Source: Epiperipatus broadwayi (Eukaryota > Animalia > Onychophora). Taken from it: a stretch of 64,000 bases of DNA. Location of the stretch: contig JAQFVV010000008.1 in assembly GCA_028023455.1 (NCBI GenBank), forward strand, positions 17,980,001-18,044,000. Direction: 5' to 3'. Every line of letters begins with the position of its first letter. Position 1 is the first letter of the stretch. The position numbers were made by a program, and so were the translations under genes. The notes under the pieces were generated by a model that was given only the letters and a program-made list of their open reading frames with translations, had not been told where the DNA came from and made no database searches. Positions 49,361 through 63,449 of the stretch are shown one piece after another.

Positions 49361-52300
49361 CATTGATACTTATTTGATGAACTGAAATTAATCTGGAACT
49401 TTATTTTTCAGTTAATAATTGAGATCTATTTATCAATCAATATTGATAGCTAGCTAGGTTAGTCTTAAACCAGATTTATACCTTAAAATTCATTTAGTCT
49501 AGATTCAAACTCCAGATTGTGGACATAACATTTGGGCATACTGATCATTGTGCCTTAAGAGTCTTCTGATTATATATTTTCACAAATACATGCTTATAAT
49601 AAACAATTAGACACTTTTACATCAATCAAAATTTGAAAGATTTCTATCATGAGAAAGAATATGACCAACAGAGATGACTGAAATATTCAGGGATGGAACC
49701 CATCATACTGAGCTTTTGTTAACTTATACATCTAAATCTTACTAAATTATCTCACCATAGCTCCTTTTGAACAAAGAATCTAACAATCTTCTTAATCTAT
49801 GCTTATCTGACCAAAGCAATATTCTGATAAACAAATAATCAAGCAATTTATAAAAACATGTAATTGAGTTGAGATAAACAAGAATCCTCCCAAATTTTGA
49901 TACTGCATTTGTCATAAATCTTTTAATGAAATGGACACTGCATATTCTATTAAGATTTCACAACTAATAGTCTTTTTACTTTGAAATTGCAAATTGGTTT
50001 AAGTAGTGTTTGAAGCTAATATGATGTACATAGCAATATAATTTTTTACAGCATAGACTTGATTTGAAAATTATTGATTGATACTATCAATAATTTCTAG
50101 AAATATTATAATAGATGACAATATTTTTAATATTTGATACCAAGATACATTATAAACATGTATTGGTCTATTTTTGAAGATTGTCACAATAGTTACATGT
50201 ACATTCAATCATAATAGGTCTTTGAGAACTTTCACAAGCAAAAATCTTTTTAGATTCTTATCTCAATTCATTTAGTTCAGGTTGAAATAGATTTTATAGC
50301 ATTATTAATATTTACAATAAACAAAGTTTGGTTGTCAGTTGTACTTAAATAGTTTTGTAAGAAAAGACTGATTTCTACATGTTTCATGAACTTTTGCATT
50401 TTAAATCTTTAATTGATTTCCTCCTCCCACCTCCAAAATAAAATATTCTTGAATATTTCTCCTTGTTTTTTTTTTTTTTTTTATATTAAACATTGAAAGT
50501 GTTGAATGTCAGTTTTTTTAAATTTTGACAATTTTACTATTATGAAAAAGGTTTCTCATAATAGCACATGAAACTGGATCTAAAGAAACTATGCTTTCTA
50601 ATTGAGTAGTCATTCTTTTAACTTTTGAGATCAATTTCTTTTTACCTCTAATTAAGGATAATGGTAGTTTTGAATTTTTTGGACCACATTTTTCCTTCTA
50701 TTTTACATTCTGCTGGTTTTCTATGTCAAGTAATCCAGTGTGAATTATCTTTTCTTTTTTATATAAACTTAATATATATTTAATATTTTGTGAGAATATC
50801 ACAAATATAAAAATCATAATTTATATGAAGCTATTTTAGAGTTAAGGACTTATAAATTTTCCCAAATAATGATTATTTTTAATATACAACCATTTTTTTC
50901 AGATTAGGAATGAACTTAAAAACTAAATCAAAACTGTTTTGTTCAGCTTTTACTAAAAAAAAATTCACTAATATATAAAATGATGATCATATTTGAAGAA
51001 ATTAAAATTTTGGAATCATGTATCCAAAATTATAAGCATATATTGTTTTGAATTCATATTACTGATATGCCAGCAACTCAGTATACAAAAACATGATTTT
51101 TTTTTTTTTTTTTCAGTATGTGTGCCATCATAAGCAGGAATTTTACTTACAATATTGAATGACATTTTTATGTAACTGCTTTAATAAAAGATTTTATGCT
51201 GGAATAGTAGGAACTGCGAAACATCTGGCAACCAAAGCAAGATTCTAGAAAGTTTATTTGGACTAATTCATTCAATATAGTCCTTTCATTGCATAAATTA
51301 TAAACATGTTGAAGAAGAAAAACTCTTGAAAACATTTTCAAGTTATTGACTAGAGAAATTATGTCAAAATTATAATCTTTTAACAATTTGATGATTAAAC
51401 ATGAAAATGACCGATGTGAAATATATATTATTGTTAATATGATGTTAGCACAATTTTATCAGAATTTTTTTATTTAAATAGTTATCAAATGTATTGAAAG
51501 AAGTTTAGTTTTTGTGTCAGTTAAACATAAGAAAGAAAGTCATTGATTAATGTAAGATTTCTGGAGGTTTGCCTTTACTGCAAATGCCATTAAGTTGAGA
51601 GTTTTGCTTATTGGTAATATTATACTGAGAAAAAACGTGAAAAATAGTGTGCCATTTTTTAATGAGTATTAGATCAGACAATAGAAGAAGAAAAAAATCA
51701 GTTTCCTTTGGAATAATCATATAAAAAATGCTGTAATTCTGAAATTAAAACAAAATTTTTATATTTTATGGTGTTTTGTTTCTATAGTAATGTGTGTGAA
51801 TGTGTACTATTGCTTAGTTAATTGAACGAATTAATTGATTTTCATCCTATAAACAAATAAATAATTTTCCAAAAAATCCAAACTGATAATTATTTATTCT
51901 CTAATTTTTTTTTTGCAAGTGAACATCTTAACATCGATAAAAGAATATATTATGCGCATTGGAATATGAAGAAATATAAAGTCTGAATTATATACTAATT
52001 CTGTAATTTCATATATTGCTTCAGCATGTAATAAGCTTTTAATTGGCTAATGGGATTGGTTAGATACAATCTAACAAGTAATCTGTTTGATTAAGAAGAA
52101 TAAATTTATAAATATAAAATACCTGTTTTAAAGTTGTTTACTTAATTTTATTTTAGAAATTAAGCCTGCTTTTGTGGTTAAGCTCCCATGTTAATATTAT
52201 ATTTTTCTGAATTTTCAAAATGCTAAGATGTGAATTCAGAAATTTAGGAAATTAGATATTTTTCAGAGAACTTTAGTGACCAATGTGATTCCAGTCAAAA

Positions 52301-54404
52301 TCTATTGTATAAAACTAAAAATGTTTTGAATTTTTTAATAGAAATTCTAAATACATGTTTGATGTAGATATTTCTTTAAGTAATAAGAATTCTACTGGTA
52401 ACTTATAAGAATTTGTTTTTTTTTTTCATGGTAAATAAAGTGATAACTAAAAAGATTGCCTTTGGGGATTGCTCACTTTTTAGTTTTTTTCATCATATAT
52501 AAAAAAAGGTGATCAAGAAAGCGCTGTTTATGAATACATATAAATTTTATTTCCAAGAAGTGACATCACTTATGACTATTTTAATAAGTTTGCTGTAAAA
52601 ACCAAATTATCTTTTATATATGGATTTTTAATTTAGATTTAAATTATAACATAAAGATTATAGGAAGATAATAATCACTTTTGAGGTTTCTCTACTTTCA
52701 GAAATGGTGAAAATAAGGTGTAAAATGAAGTTTCTAACTATTGGAATATATTCGAATATATATGCAAATTGTGTAAAAAGCAATATATTAATAATTATGA
52801 ATTTCATTAAAAAAACCCACATTATTTACTTATATATTGTAACAGTATGGAGAAGTGGGGGGGGGGGGGATCTAGTGTGAAGGAAAATCATCATCAACCC
52901 CATTTATTACACTAATCTAAATTTAAATATACATATAATATAATGAATATGATGAGCATGAGAGATCCTCAAAAACAAAGACTAACTATAAGTTTACTGG
53001 CATTACAAAGGAGAATAATAATCATTCATCATCATGAATGATCAAAAATAAAATCAACAGTCAACTTTGTGATTGAATTTGAAAGTGATCACTCAGGACC
53101 AAGCTAATTATTTAGCCTTTGCCAAACTTGGGGCAGATTATGTAAACAATAACTTGGTTGCACAATCTTAAATGCTAATCCATCAGAATATAACAATTAA
53201 AAAAAATAATGCTGGGATACAGAAACATGCTGATCATCATCAGTGATCTGGCTATTTAAGTATTATTAGTGTATTGGCCAACTATAAACATAATTTCTAA
53301 TTATAAAAACTAAATAAAATTTAGTGCATGGACCTTTGAGTCATTCAGCATTAGAGAATTAATGACATCATCATCAACTAGATGTCCATATCACTAAACA
53401 TAAACCTCAATCCATATAACTGACCACTATGCACAAATCCAGCTCAGGGAGCAATAACTCTATAACTGTTACTATGAACCAGGGGTAATACTAACATACA
53501 ATGTTTTAAACTTAGTCTAGGATTCAATAGATTTACTGGAATAACTTAATAAAATATAAATTTATTAATAACAAAATTAAATTAAAGGTCTGTTGAGTAT
53601 GCTATAAATTTAGCATTCTGATTTTCATTAGAGTAATACAAAAAAATATGCTATTACATTGTAATTTAGATATATTTCTAGATGTTTACGTAAACATACA
53701 CGTATGATATGCTGTATAATAATTTAAAATTAACACCTTTGAATTGTCATAAACCAATAATAAAAATTCATTTTTATACTAATTAATTTTAATATGTATG
53801 TAATTGATGATTGATTTTAATATATATGGGTATCCATTCAAATTTGTGTGCACACCCCGCCCTTTATATATATATAAATAAACTTATATATATATTTATT
53901 ACTAATTGTAGTTACTTCTATCAAATGACATATTTTAAAAGATTAAAGAAAAGTTTTCTTTCTTAGAAAAATCCTGCATAAAAGTTTCTTTCCCCCCCTT
54001 TTTTTTTCAAGTTACTTTTAATTATAAATATCTTTTAAAAAATGGGCTATTAGAAAATCCATTTAAAAACTGTTTTTTTTCTATCTTCCTTTACAATATT
54101 TAATTAATCAAAACTGGAATAAATCCTTTATAAATGTTAATGGGAAGAAATTGTCTGGAGACTAATATCATTTATTTAAGCAAACTTCTTTACTTTTAAA
54201 CTTGTAAATTAGAGATTTTAACTGCGAAATTAATTATTTAAAATAATATTTCAATAATTTTTTTTTTACTCATCAACTATCTGTTCTTGTATGCATACTA
54301 TATAATATATACAGCTATACTAACTTCATTGTGCTCTTTTCATGTTACATAAAACTGCCTATGTATAAACTATAGCATGATACTTTTTTTCAGTAAGCTG
54401 GCTA

Positions 54405-54700
54405 TTTTCTGGAATCTCTCGGTAAGCTGGCCTATTCTAAAATGGTAGACTGATCTATTGCCATTTTCGGGAAAGATATAAATCAGGTAACTGTTAGCAT
54501 TAGTCAGTTCCAGTCTATAATTTGGTGGACTTCATGCAGGCTGTCTAGTACTCACATGAGCTATGAACCATATAAAAGGTGGTTCTTGCTTCTATGTGAA
54601 TTCACCTCTACCATTGTGACATTATCCACGTCTCTACTTCTTATCTTCAGTTATAACTTCATAATAATCATGCTGTATATTGTAATTCCTGAAAGATTTA
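54405..54700 (+). promoter_or_regulatory. TATA/Inr core promoter candidate, copy A
   Basis: TATAAAAG at 54571-54578, TCA at 54602-54604 and ATG at 54670, with upstream blocks conserved in copy B. Confidence 0.5.
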
Positions 54701-57261
54701 ATCCACCTTTTTATATTGTCTCGTAGAATTTAATAAAACAGTAATTAAAAGTAAATTTTCTTTATCTTGATTTTAAAAAAAGAACATAACTTTTTTTAAA
54801 AATTTATCTTAATTAAATACCAAATTTTTATCTAAAAATATTTTTTAATCCTTTCAACATCTTTGTAGGATTTTATCAAAATATGTTATGCAAGGTTTAA
54901 TTTAAAAAATTTCTAAACATCTACAAAAAATTTTGTTTATTTCTACTTTTCCTTTCAACTTTATATATACATGCACACATACTATCATGTTATTGTATGC
55001 CATCAGATACATAACTGTCTCATATCCCTTTTCATGGGGAAAAGGAAAAGAGAAATTAACATCCACCTAACAATATTTTACATAATATACATGTATAACT
55101 AAAATAAAGTTCATAACTCAAATTATGTACTCATTAGTTTTGTTAAAGATTTGACAGGTATCTGATAGCTAACCATAAATAATGCCCTGCAATTCTTAGG
55201 TAAAAAATTCAGCCACTGGACTATAAGTACATATTGCAGCATGAACACCAAGGGAGCTATCTCAATTTAGACACTATAAGCTACTACAGCCCTCGATATG
55301 AAATAAAAAATGCACCCTGTTCCTTTGAGTCTTATTGGCTGGAAAATACAAAATTGCCTTGCTTTTTTTCTTAAGAGACTTAGAAGCTGGAGATCATGGC
55401 AGGACTACATTAACTGTATCATAAAGAAAATGGGTTGGAGCAATGCCTGAGATAGAACCCTCCTTGGAGTTGCAAAAAACGTATTCTCAAGTCAATGGCA
55501 AAACCCTCCATTCATCATCAAAACTTAAAAGTACAGCTAAACTCCAGCAGTCAAAAAAACCCAATCCAATCTCCAAAATCATATTTTTTTTTATTCAACT
55601 CTAAATATGAACTCCTTAAATATACATTAACTACTATTTTATAACTTATAATCATCAATACTTTTGTCTCATACATATTTTACAGTAATTTTTTTTTTAA
55701 TATTTTGCATAAAATGCATACTTTTTTCTTTCTCAGAAATGGATATATTTGAGATCAAGTTGATTGGCAATTTTGTAGTAATGGCCACCAATACTTGATC
55801 ATCATCATTCATGCATTGGTAGCCATTTGTAACAGTATGAAGTAACAGGGGTACATCTGGGGTGATGACACTTATCATCATCAACTCCAAGTTAAAGACT
55901 AGTCTAATTTAATATGCGTGAATATGAAGATTAATTATAAGATCACGAGCATTACAGAGAAGAAGAATAATCATTCATCATCATGAATGATCAAAAATAA
56001 AATCAACAGTCATCCCTGTGACCAGGCTAATTATTTAGCCCGTGCCAAACTTAGGGCAGATTTTATAAATAATTTGGATGCATGAACTTAAGTGCTAATC
56101 TGTCAGAATATAACAAAAAAATAATTCTGAGATACAGAAACATATTGATCATCACCAATGATCTGGCCATTTAGTACCATTAAACTTTATTTCTAATAAT
56201 AAAAACTAAATAAAATTTAGTGCATGGACTTTAAAGGATATACTTTTGTACCATCCAGCATTAGAGAAGTAATGAAATCATCATCAACCGGATGTCTATA
56301 ACACTAAACATAAACTTCAATCCATATAACTGACTGTTATGCACAAATCCAGTTCAGGGAGCAAGAGCTCTACAACTGCTGTGACCAAAAGATAATACTA
56401 ACACAATATTTTAAATCTAATTTAGGATTAAATAAATTCACTGGAATAACTTAATAAAATATAATTTTATTAATAACAACAAAATTAAATTAAGGTCTGT
56501 TGAGTACACAATAAATTCAGCATTCTGATTTTGATTAGAATAAAAAAAGATGCTATCATTGATGACTAATTTTAATATATTTGTCTACATACATGCATGT
56601 CTAAGCACATGTGCTGTAACATATTAGAATTGTCATAAAGAATTCTTTTTAAGAATACATAAATGATTAATTTTAACATTATCTGTGTGATGTATGGAAA
56701 TGTGTGTACACAGTGATGTTTATAACTGAGGATATTTCATTTATCAAAGATAATAAACTTAAGTAAACCATATATTTTTGCAAGACATATATGTGTATAT
56801 TATTATTATCCCTCTACAAATTTTAAAGTTATTGATTCATTATTTCTAATGGTAACTAAAAGTTTTTCAATTTTTTAAAAAAAAATTGCTACATCCAGTT
56901 TGGAAAATTCTTTTAAAATTCACTCTTCTATAGCATCATTTTCAATATTTAAAAAAAAAAATTGAGTTTTTTTTTTTTTATAAAATAAAAATGGAAAATG
57001 TCATTTTTTTGTTTTCCATTGTAGTTTTAGTTGAATAATTTAGACAAAAGTTATTACTTTTAAATCTTGTAATTTAAAAGCTTAACTGTAAAGTATTTAA
57101 TGTACTCTCATTCTCAATATATAATGCATTCTATTCACCAACTATATGTACTTCATATATATTCGACCAGTAGTAATATTATGTTTGTAGTTTTTTGAAT
57201 ATAGATTAATCAGCATATATATGAAATCATAGCAAAATAATCCTTCAGAAAACCAATTAAT

Positions 57262-57555
57262 ACTGGAATCTTTCCGTAAGCCGGCCATTATAATCATATC
57301 CATGGTAGAATAGTATAATGTCCCTTTGACATTTTCGGGAAAGATATAAATTGCGTAAGCGTTAGCATTAGTCAGCTCTATTCAGTCTATAATTTGATAA
57401 GACGTTATGCTGTCGTCTAGTACACACATGGGTTATGAACCATATAAAAGCTGGGTCTCGTCTCCATGCAAATCAAACTACTATGTTAGCTGCAGCTGTA
57501 CTGCTTGACTTTAACTTCATAATAATCATGCTGTATATTGTAATTCCTGAATTAT
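57262..57555 (+). promoter_or_regulatory. TATA/Inr core promoter candidate, copy B
   Basis: TATAAAAG at 57443-57450, TCA at 57473-57475 and ATG at 57528. Confidence 0.5.
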
Positions 57556-59499
57556 TCAAATCCACCTTTTTATATTGTATCATGGAATATAAAAAAACAC
57601 AGTAATTAAATATAAGTTTTCTTTGTCTTGATTTTATAAAAAAGTTAATGACTTTTTTTTCTTAATTCACGTTAATTAAATACCAAATTTTTTAATTTTA
57701 AAGTATTTCTTAATCCTTTCAACATCTTTGTAGGATTTTTATCAAAGTATGTTATACAAGCTTTAATTTAAAAAATTTATTAATCTAATTAAAATAGATA
57801 ATGAAATTTTATAATTATCAATATATCTATTGTAACATAAAAACAACATGCTTGTTTTAATTATCAATATGAGAGTAAAACATTAAATAGACCTTTTTAA
57901 ATGTTTAATTTATAATAATTTTTTTAAAATTCAAAATTATTTAACTCTTAACAGTCTAGGGTAATATAGTAAATATCTATAAAAAAATTTGTTTGTGTTT
58001 ATTTAAATTTTTACCTCTCAACTTTATATATACACTATTACGTTATTATATGCCATGAGACATAACCATCTCAATATACATCAAGGTTTGTCAAAATGCA
58101 ATAGTTAATAATTTTTATCTATTCAGATTATAATTATGTGTGTGCTTATTAATTATAAAAAACACCAATAATTATTTGTTTCCTATTTAACACTAATATA
58201 AAATAAATGAAATCTTTTTAATATAAGTTAATTCTAGTCAGGTTTGATTTACAATTAATGATGCTGGGATTTAGTAACTGATGGGTTTCCCTGAAATCAG
58301 TCCTGTGATAATTTACAATTCAGAGCTTGACTAATATATAACATTTTATATTATAATTGAGTATTTATCTAATAGAAAACACTTAAATGTACTTGTTCAT
58401 AATAATTGTATTCTGTACTAGGAAAAGAAAGATTACTTACCCATACCACCACAAATATATTTTGATTATTCTATTACATTGTATATTATCTCTTATGATC
58501 GAAGTAAACTAAATTTTTATATGCATAAATATACTATATATATATGCACAGAAATAAACAACTACTTATATCTATTTATTTTAATATTGAAATATAATAA
58601 TTAAATTAAAATATTTTATTTTACACTTATATATAAATTATGAAAGATCTCACACTCTTGTTATGCTACAATCTGGTTTCAAATCCAAGGAAGATAAAAT
58701 TTATATAAAAAAAAATAAAATTAAACAACCTGTATGAGATAGATTGCATGTGTTATCAGATTATATTATTAGCATCACTATTAAAGGATCTTTTTTCTCC
58801 ACTATTATAATGTCGGAAGGATCATGGAAGGATGAATCTATTAATCTCTAATGTAAGGAGATTGGAGCTAATAGAGACTTATTTTATCCAGGTAATCTTT
58901 AATATATTAATTTCATAATAAATTAAATTTAGGTTTTAGCAATACTTAGATGGTATTAAAATTAAAATAAAATTTACAAAGTAGTATTACTTTAAATTCA
59001 ACAATAGGAAGAAATAAGAACTTAAATTTTTGCCTAACCCAAATTTAACTAGTGTGATAATTAATGCTTGGTTTTCCAATTCAAAATATAAATAACTAAA
59101 TACTTGGTATGTAATGAATCTAATATAACTTATTATGAATCAAATGAGGTTCTTAAAAATTAGAAGTTAAAAAAGATTTAACTGTAATGTAATTGATTTG
59201 ACTGAAGTTTAATATAAAGAGGAAGAACAAGGATTTCAATTTTTGTATGGATAAACTTGAACATTCAAGCAGGGACATTGATTGAGTTTGTAGAAGATAA
59301 TGACTTATTTTAAATTCTTAATCAAAAATAGACATAGTGAGCTTAATGGTGTCCAGAATGAAATCACTCATTTTGTTTAGTATCAAAAATGTTGATTTCA
59401 GGATGTGCATATTGGTAGCAGTACTTTCTTATTAAATTGGAAAGGCTTAAAATATTAAAGAATATTAGTTCCATATATATATAAATGTGAAAAAAGCAT

Positions 59500-60760
59500 T
59501 TTTAACAACAGCTATCTGAATTTCAAATAGACTTTAAACTCTCACTTTTTAATGATTTATTCTAAGAGTTTAAAATATGAATAATGAATTGAGTCATCAC
59601 ATTGTGAAAGTTACAAATTCAACTCTGAAGAAAAAGTTTTATAATGATGTTTAGGAAAAAAAATCATGTGGTACCAAAATTATGACAAAAAAATGAAAAG
59701 AACATCAAAAATTAAAAATAAAAAAGTTGATAACTAAACGATTTATGACATCCATTAGGAAATCATCTCATTTAAATTTCAAAAGAATTAAGTAGATGTA
59801 GGATCATTATTAGAAGGATTATAAAAAAAAATTCAATTTTTATATATATATGAGTAGAATATGGCATTTGATAACTTTAATTGGAAGAAACTATTGAAGT
59901 TTCTGATGTTAAAAATAGAAAATGTTATGCTAAATGTTAAAACTGATACTAATGAATTAATAAAGGTATTATTGAAGATTTATTAATTGCGTAAAGGAAA
60001 GCAAGAATAAAATTGTATTATTATTGTACCAAAGAAAAGGTAATAAAAGATTTAAGAAATTTTAGGCTTATAAGTTTGTTATTTATTCTATACAAATTTT
60101 AATGCAGGAGATTAAAAGAAATGTTGAATTTTATTCAACTAAGAGAGCAGATATGATTTAGTGGATAGTTTAATACTATGTACTTTTGATAGAGAAAAGA
60201 TATAAATGAAATTATTACAAAAATATACAAAAATGCCATTTCATTTATAAACTAAATGAAATTCAGTAAAATTTTAAAATAAAAAGTTATACCAAAGAGA
60301 ATCAAGATAAATAATATTTTTTCAACAGTGACTGATGTCTACATATGTAAACAATATGTGAATTCTGTTAGCCAGTTTGAAAGGTGAATTAAAAATAAAT
60401 TTTAGTATAAACTAAAGTAATACTTATATATTGCTTACAATAACTTCCCACATATACACTTTAATGCAAAAAAATTGTTAACAATTCCTTTATTTTCCTG
60501 ACAGTTTTGACTGTCCTGCAATCTTCATCAGAGCAAAAAAAAAAAAAAATGCAAAGAAAGTAAAAGGAGAAAAATGAGAATATACTTATAAAGTAATACT
60601 TAACAAATTTGGATTATGCAAAATCACTATAGTTAATGGAAAGAATATTGAAGAGGTGGATAATATTTTTTTTGAATTAGTTTGTATTATTTAAAAAAAA
60701 GGGGGAGGGGGGATAATAAATAGAATTAAAATAGTTTGGCAGACTTAATAATATATTTAA
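59500..60760 (+). mobile_element. Heavily decayed RTE-like non-LTR ORF
   Basis: About 60020-60100 reads IIVPKK-GNK-DLRNFRLISLLFILYK (RT domain 0/1 motif). Confidence 0.55.
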
Positions 60761-60806
60761 AGGATGTTTGTTTTAAGAAGAAAAAAAAATCTTTAGTGTG
60801 TCTTAA

Positions 60807-60941
60807 CTATTTTGACATTATTGTGAAACATGATCTCTGCCTATTTTGTTATTATTGTGAAACATGATTTCTGCCTATTTTGACATTATTGTGAAACATG
60901 ATCTCTACCTATTTTGACATTATTGTGAAACATGAACTCTG
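60807..60941. repeat. 34-bp minisatellite, 4 copies
   Basis: CTATTTTGACATTATTGTGAAACATGATCTCTGC occurs at 60807, 60841, 60875 and 60909. Confidence 0.95.
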
Positions 60942-61727
60942 AATTCTAAAATAAAATGAAAATATAGGAAAGTATAGCTTGAATTTTTCAACCAGAAAAT
61001 TAAGAAAATAAATTAATGAATCTCAGCTCAGACTAGTATTTCTGATAAAGATAATAAAATTAAAGAATTTAAATGGAAATGAATCTGGATGTATAGCAAA
61101 AAGAAATGACTTGACCCTTAATAGACGAACAGGAGTTTGCAAACTAAGGCATGCAAGCAGAATGATTATCAATAGCACTCTGATTGAATTGAAAATAATA
61201 AAAATATTTTTAATTATAGCACATGTGTTTATGCCATGACTTACATTTTGCATATGCGATGCATGTATAAATGGAAACCATGATTCAGTTTAATTTACTA
61301 ATTATATTATACAATAAATGTACACTCGATCTTTGCTAATTTTCAATCAAGATAAGAGCTTGGTGATATAGAATTTTTTTTTTTTTCTCAAGTATTAATT
61401 TTGTCTGGATTTTTTTTTTTTCCACTGTCAATTGACCTTTGATACTTTTGTATGCAAATTAACTGCATTAATTCATTTGAAAAACTTCTATTCCTAATTA
61501 TATAATAAACATTTTAAGTTTTGGTGCATTTACTTGAAAAAAAAAAAGTTTATAAATTATGGATAGTCGGATTAATGGGTGAACGAAGTCCATGAGAGCA
61601 CGAGACTTGATAGTATTGTTCGGATCTCAAAGAAGTTAAAAATGATTGTTTTTCTCTTTTAAATGTCTATTATATAATTAAAACAAATTTCTCATAGAGA
61701 AAAATTCGAAATGGCCATAGTTTTAAA

Positions 61728-62604
61728 AAACATCACATGATCACCATTCCCTATACTTCCACAAGCTGTTATAACAGAGGTAAAACTCTCCATATAGTAA
61801 TGCCACCCAAGCCAAAGTAATCAATGAATGCAAGGTTTATGCATAAAGTCCCTATCTAGTGCCTACCCATTCAACATCTCCAGACTAGTTTCATCATCAG
61901 TGAGGAGTCTTAGATTTGAGAGCCCCACACCTAGATCTTAGGATCTAATGCAATCCTCAAAAGGTGTGTTTTACCTTAATAAATTAACTATAAAGCTATA
62001 AATCCAACACAATAAGGTTTTCAATCCAAGCTCAGTCATGTAGATCTGAACCCAGTTCAGCATCTATACATTTTAGTGTTTTTGGTTCTTTAATAACCAT
62101 AGTCATCATCATCCCATTTGGCAGGATTGATATTAAATCACTAAACATTACATGATCACCATACTTTATGCTTATCCAAGCTGTTATAACCGAAATAAAA
62201 CTTTCCATAATAATGCCATTTCTGCATAAAATATCTATCCTATATCTATTCATCTAACATCTCCAGACTAGTTTTTAGCTTGTGCCTTTGTCAATAAGGA
62301 GCTTTGGATCTGAGAGCAAGTGGATGAGCTTGGATTGAAAACATTATTGTGTTAGAGTCATAGCTTTAAAGTTAACTAAAAAAGTAAAAGGTGGCTGCTA
62401 GGGGGTTGCATCAGATCCCAAGATCTAGGTGCAGTGCTCTTAGATTCAAGGCTCTTCACTGATGAGGGCCACAAGCTAGAAACTAGTCTGGGATGTTGGA
62501 TGAGTAGACACTAGATAGGGATTTGGTGCACAAGCTTTTCTGCTTCCAATGATTACTTTGTCTTGCACTAGGTGGCATTACTGTATGGAGAGTTTTGCGT
62601 CTGT
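61728..62604. mobile_element. F1 head-to-head insertion with 10-bp target-site duplication
   Basis: The minus arm runs 61728-~62318 with two HHR remnants and the plus arm ~62320-62604. TAGTTTTAAA lies at 61718-61727 and 62605-62614. Confidence 0.85.
62448..62500 (+). ncRNA. F1 hammerhead, core intact
   Basis: cucuuca CUGAUGA(62459-62465) g ggc cacaa gcu a GAAAC UA GUC/ugggaug; stem I needs one bulge. Confidence 0.65.
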
Positions 62605-63449
62605 TAGTTTTAAAGAAAAGAATATATGAAAAATTTCCAATTTCAGATTGATTATTTTATATTACAAAAAATTAGTTTTTTTGAAACATTTTTCATGAAT
62701 GCTAGAAAAATATTTGTTTTAGTTTATTAGAATTCATTAATCAGCTTTTTAATTAAACCATTGAAAGTTAAATTTGCTTTGCCTACTCTGAATTACTGTA
62801 AATTAATCGGCAATTTTGTAAACAACACACATTTTTTTAAGCACCAATGAGATGAATTTTCTCTGCTGAAGGAATTAAAAGTGTATAATTTATAATTTTG
62901 AAGCCCATTATAACTGGTCCAATTTTGATACTATATATAATAAAATTGATAGAATCATGTTGGCATGTGGAATAGCATTGTAACATAGGTTTGGCACAAC
63001 ACTTCTCAACTTAGTGAAGTGGTAAAATGTTTCCTGGATCAATATAGAAAAGAAAGGCCTGTGATAGATTTTTGTGAAGTACTGGAGTTGTTTTTGTCTT
63101 ACATATCACTGATTGAAAATGATGATAAGACAGTGAGTTGATAAATGTTTAGATATTTCTGTAAATAAGTCACTCACAACAAATATTTAGTTATTATTAG
63201 TTGAAGAATATAAGTTTTGAATTAATTTGAGTTAACCAGATAGAGAATTTCAATCCACTAATTATAAAAATAAAAAATCTTTATAATATGCTGCTGACCT
63301 CACCATGGTTGAGAAATTATCATTATAGTACTAAACTTATACTTTATATCTTTTTTTTTTTATGGCAGTTAATATTTCAAAATACAGAGTTATCCCTAGG
63401 CTAAATACAAATGGTCAACTATAACTGAATTTTTACAATAAGTAATGTG

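Larger units (their letters stand above)
52838..58078 (+). repeat. Diverged tandem segmental duplication (copy A ~52838-55030, copy B ~55829-58078)
   Basis: Colinear homologous blocks with an offset of ~2.9-3.0 kb, e.g. AATAATCATTCATCATCATGAATGATCAAAAATAAAATCAACAGTCA and TAACTTCATAATAATCATGCTGTATATTGTAATTCCTGAA. Confidence 0.9.

Noticed and set aside
50980-51065. ATGATGA...CTGA on the plus strand
   Set aside because: Very AT-rich, no convincing terminal stem or rRNA guide; expected by chance.
53180-56160. TGATGA...CTGA pairs on the minus strand in both duplicated copies (53180-53245, 56100-56160)
   Set aside because: The spacing is short and no guide was recognised. The surrounding minus-strand translation (IWIEVYV*CYRHP, IIGDD) looks more like a decayed LINE endonuclease, which is itself too weak to call.
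60807-60941. 34-bp repeats as a CRISPR array
   Set aside because: The copies are contiguous with no spacers, and the context is eukaryotic; this is a minisatellite.
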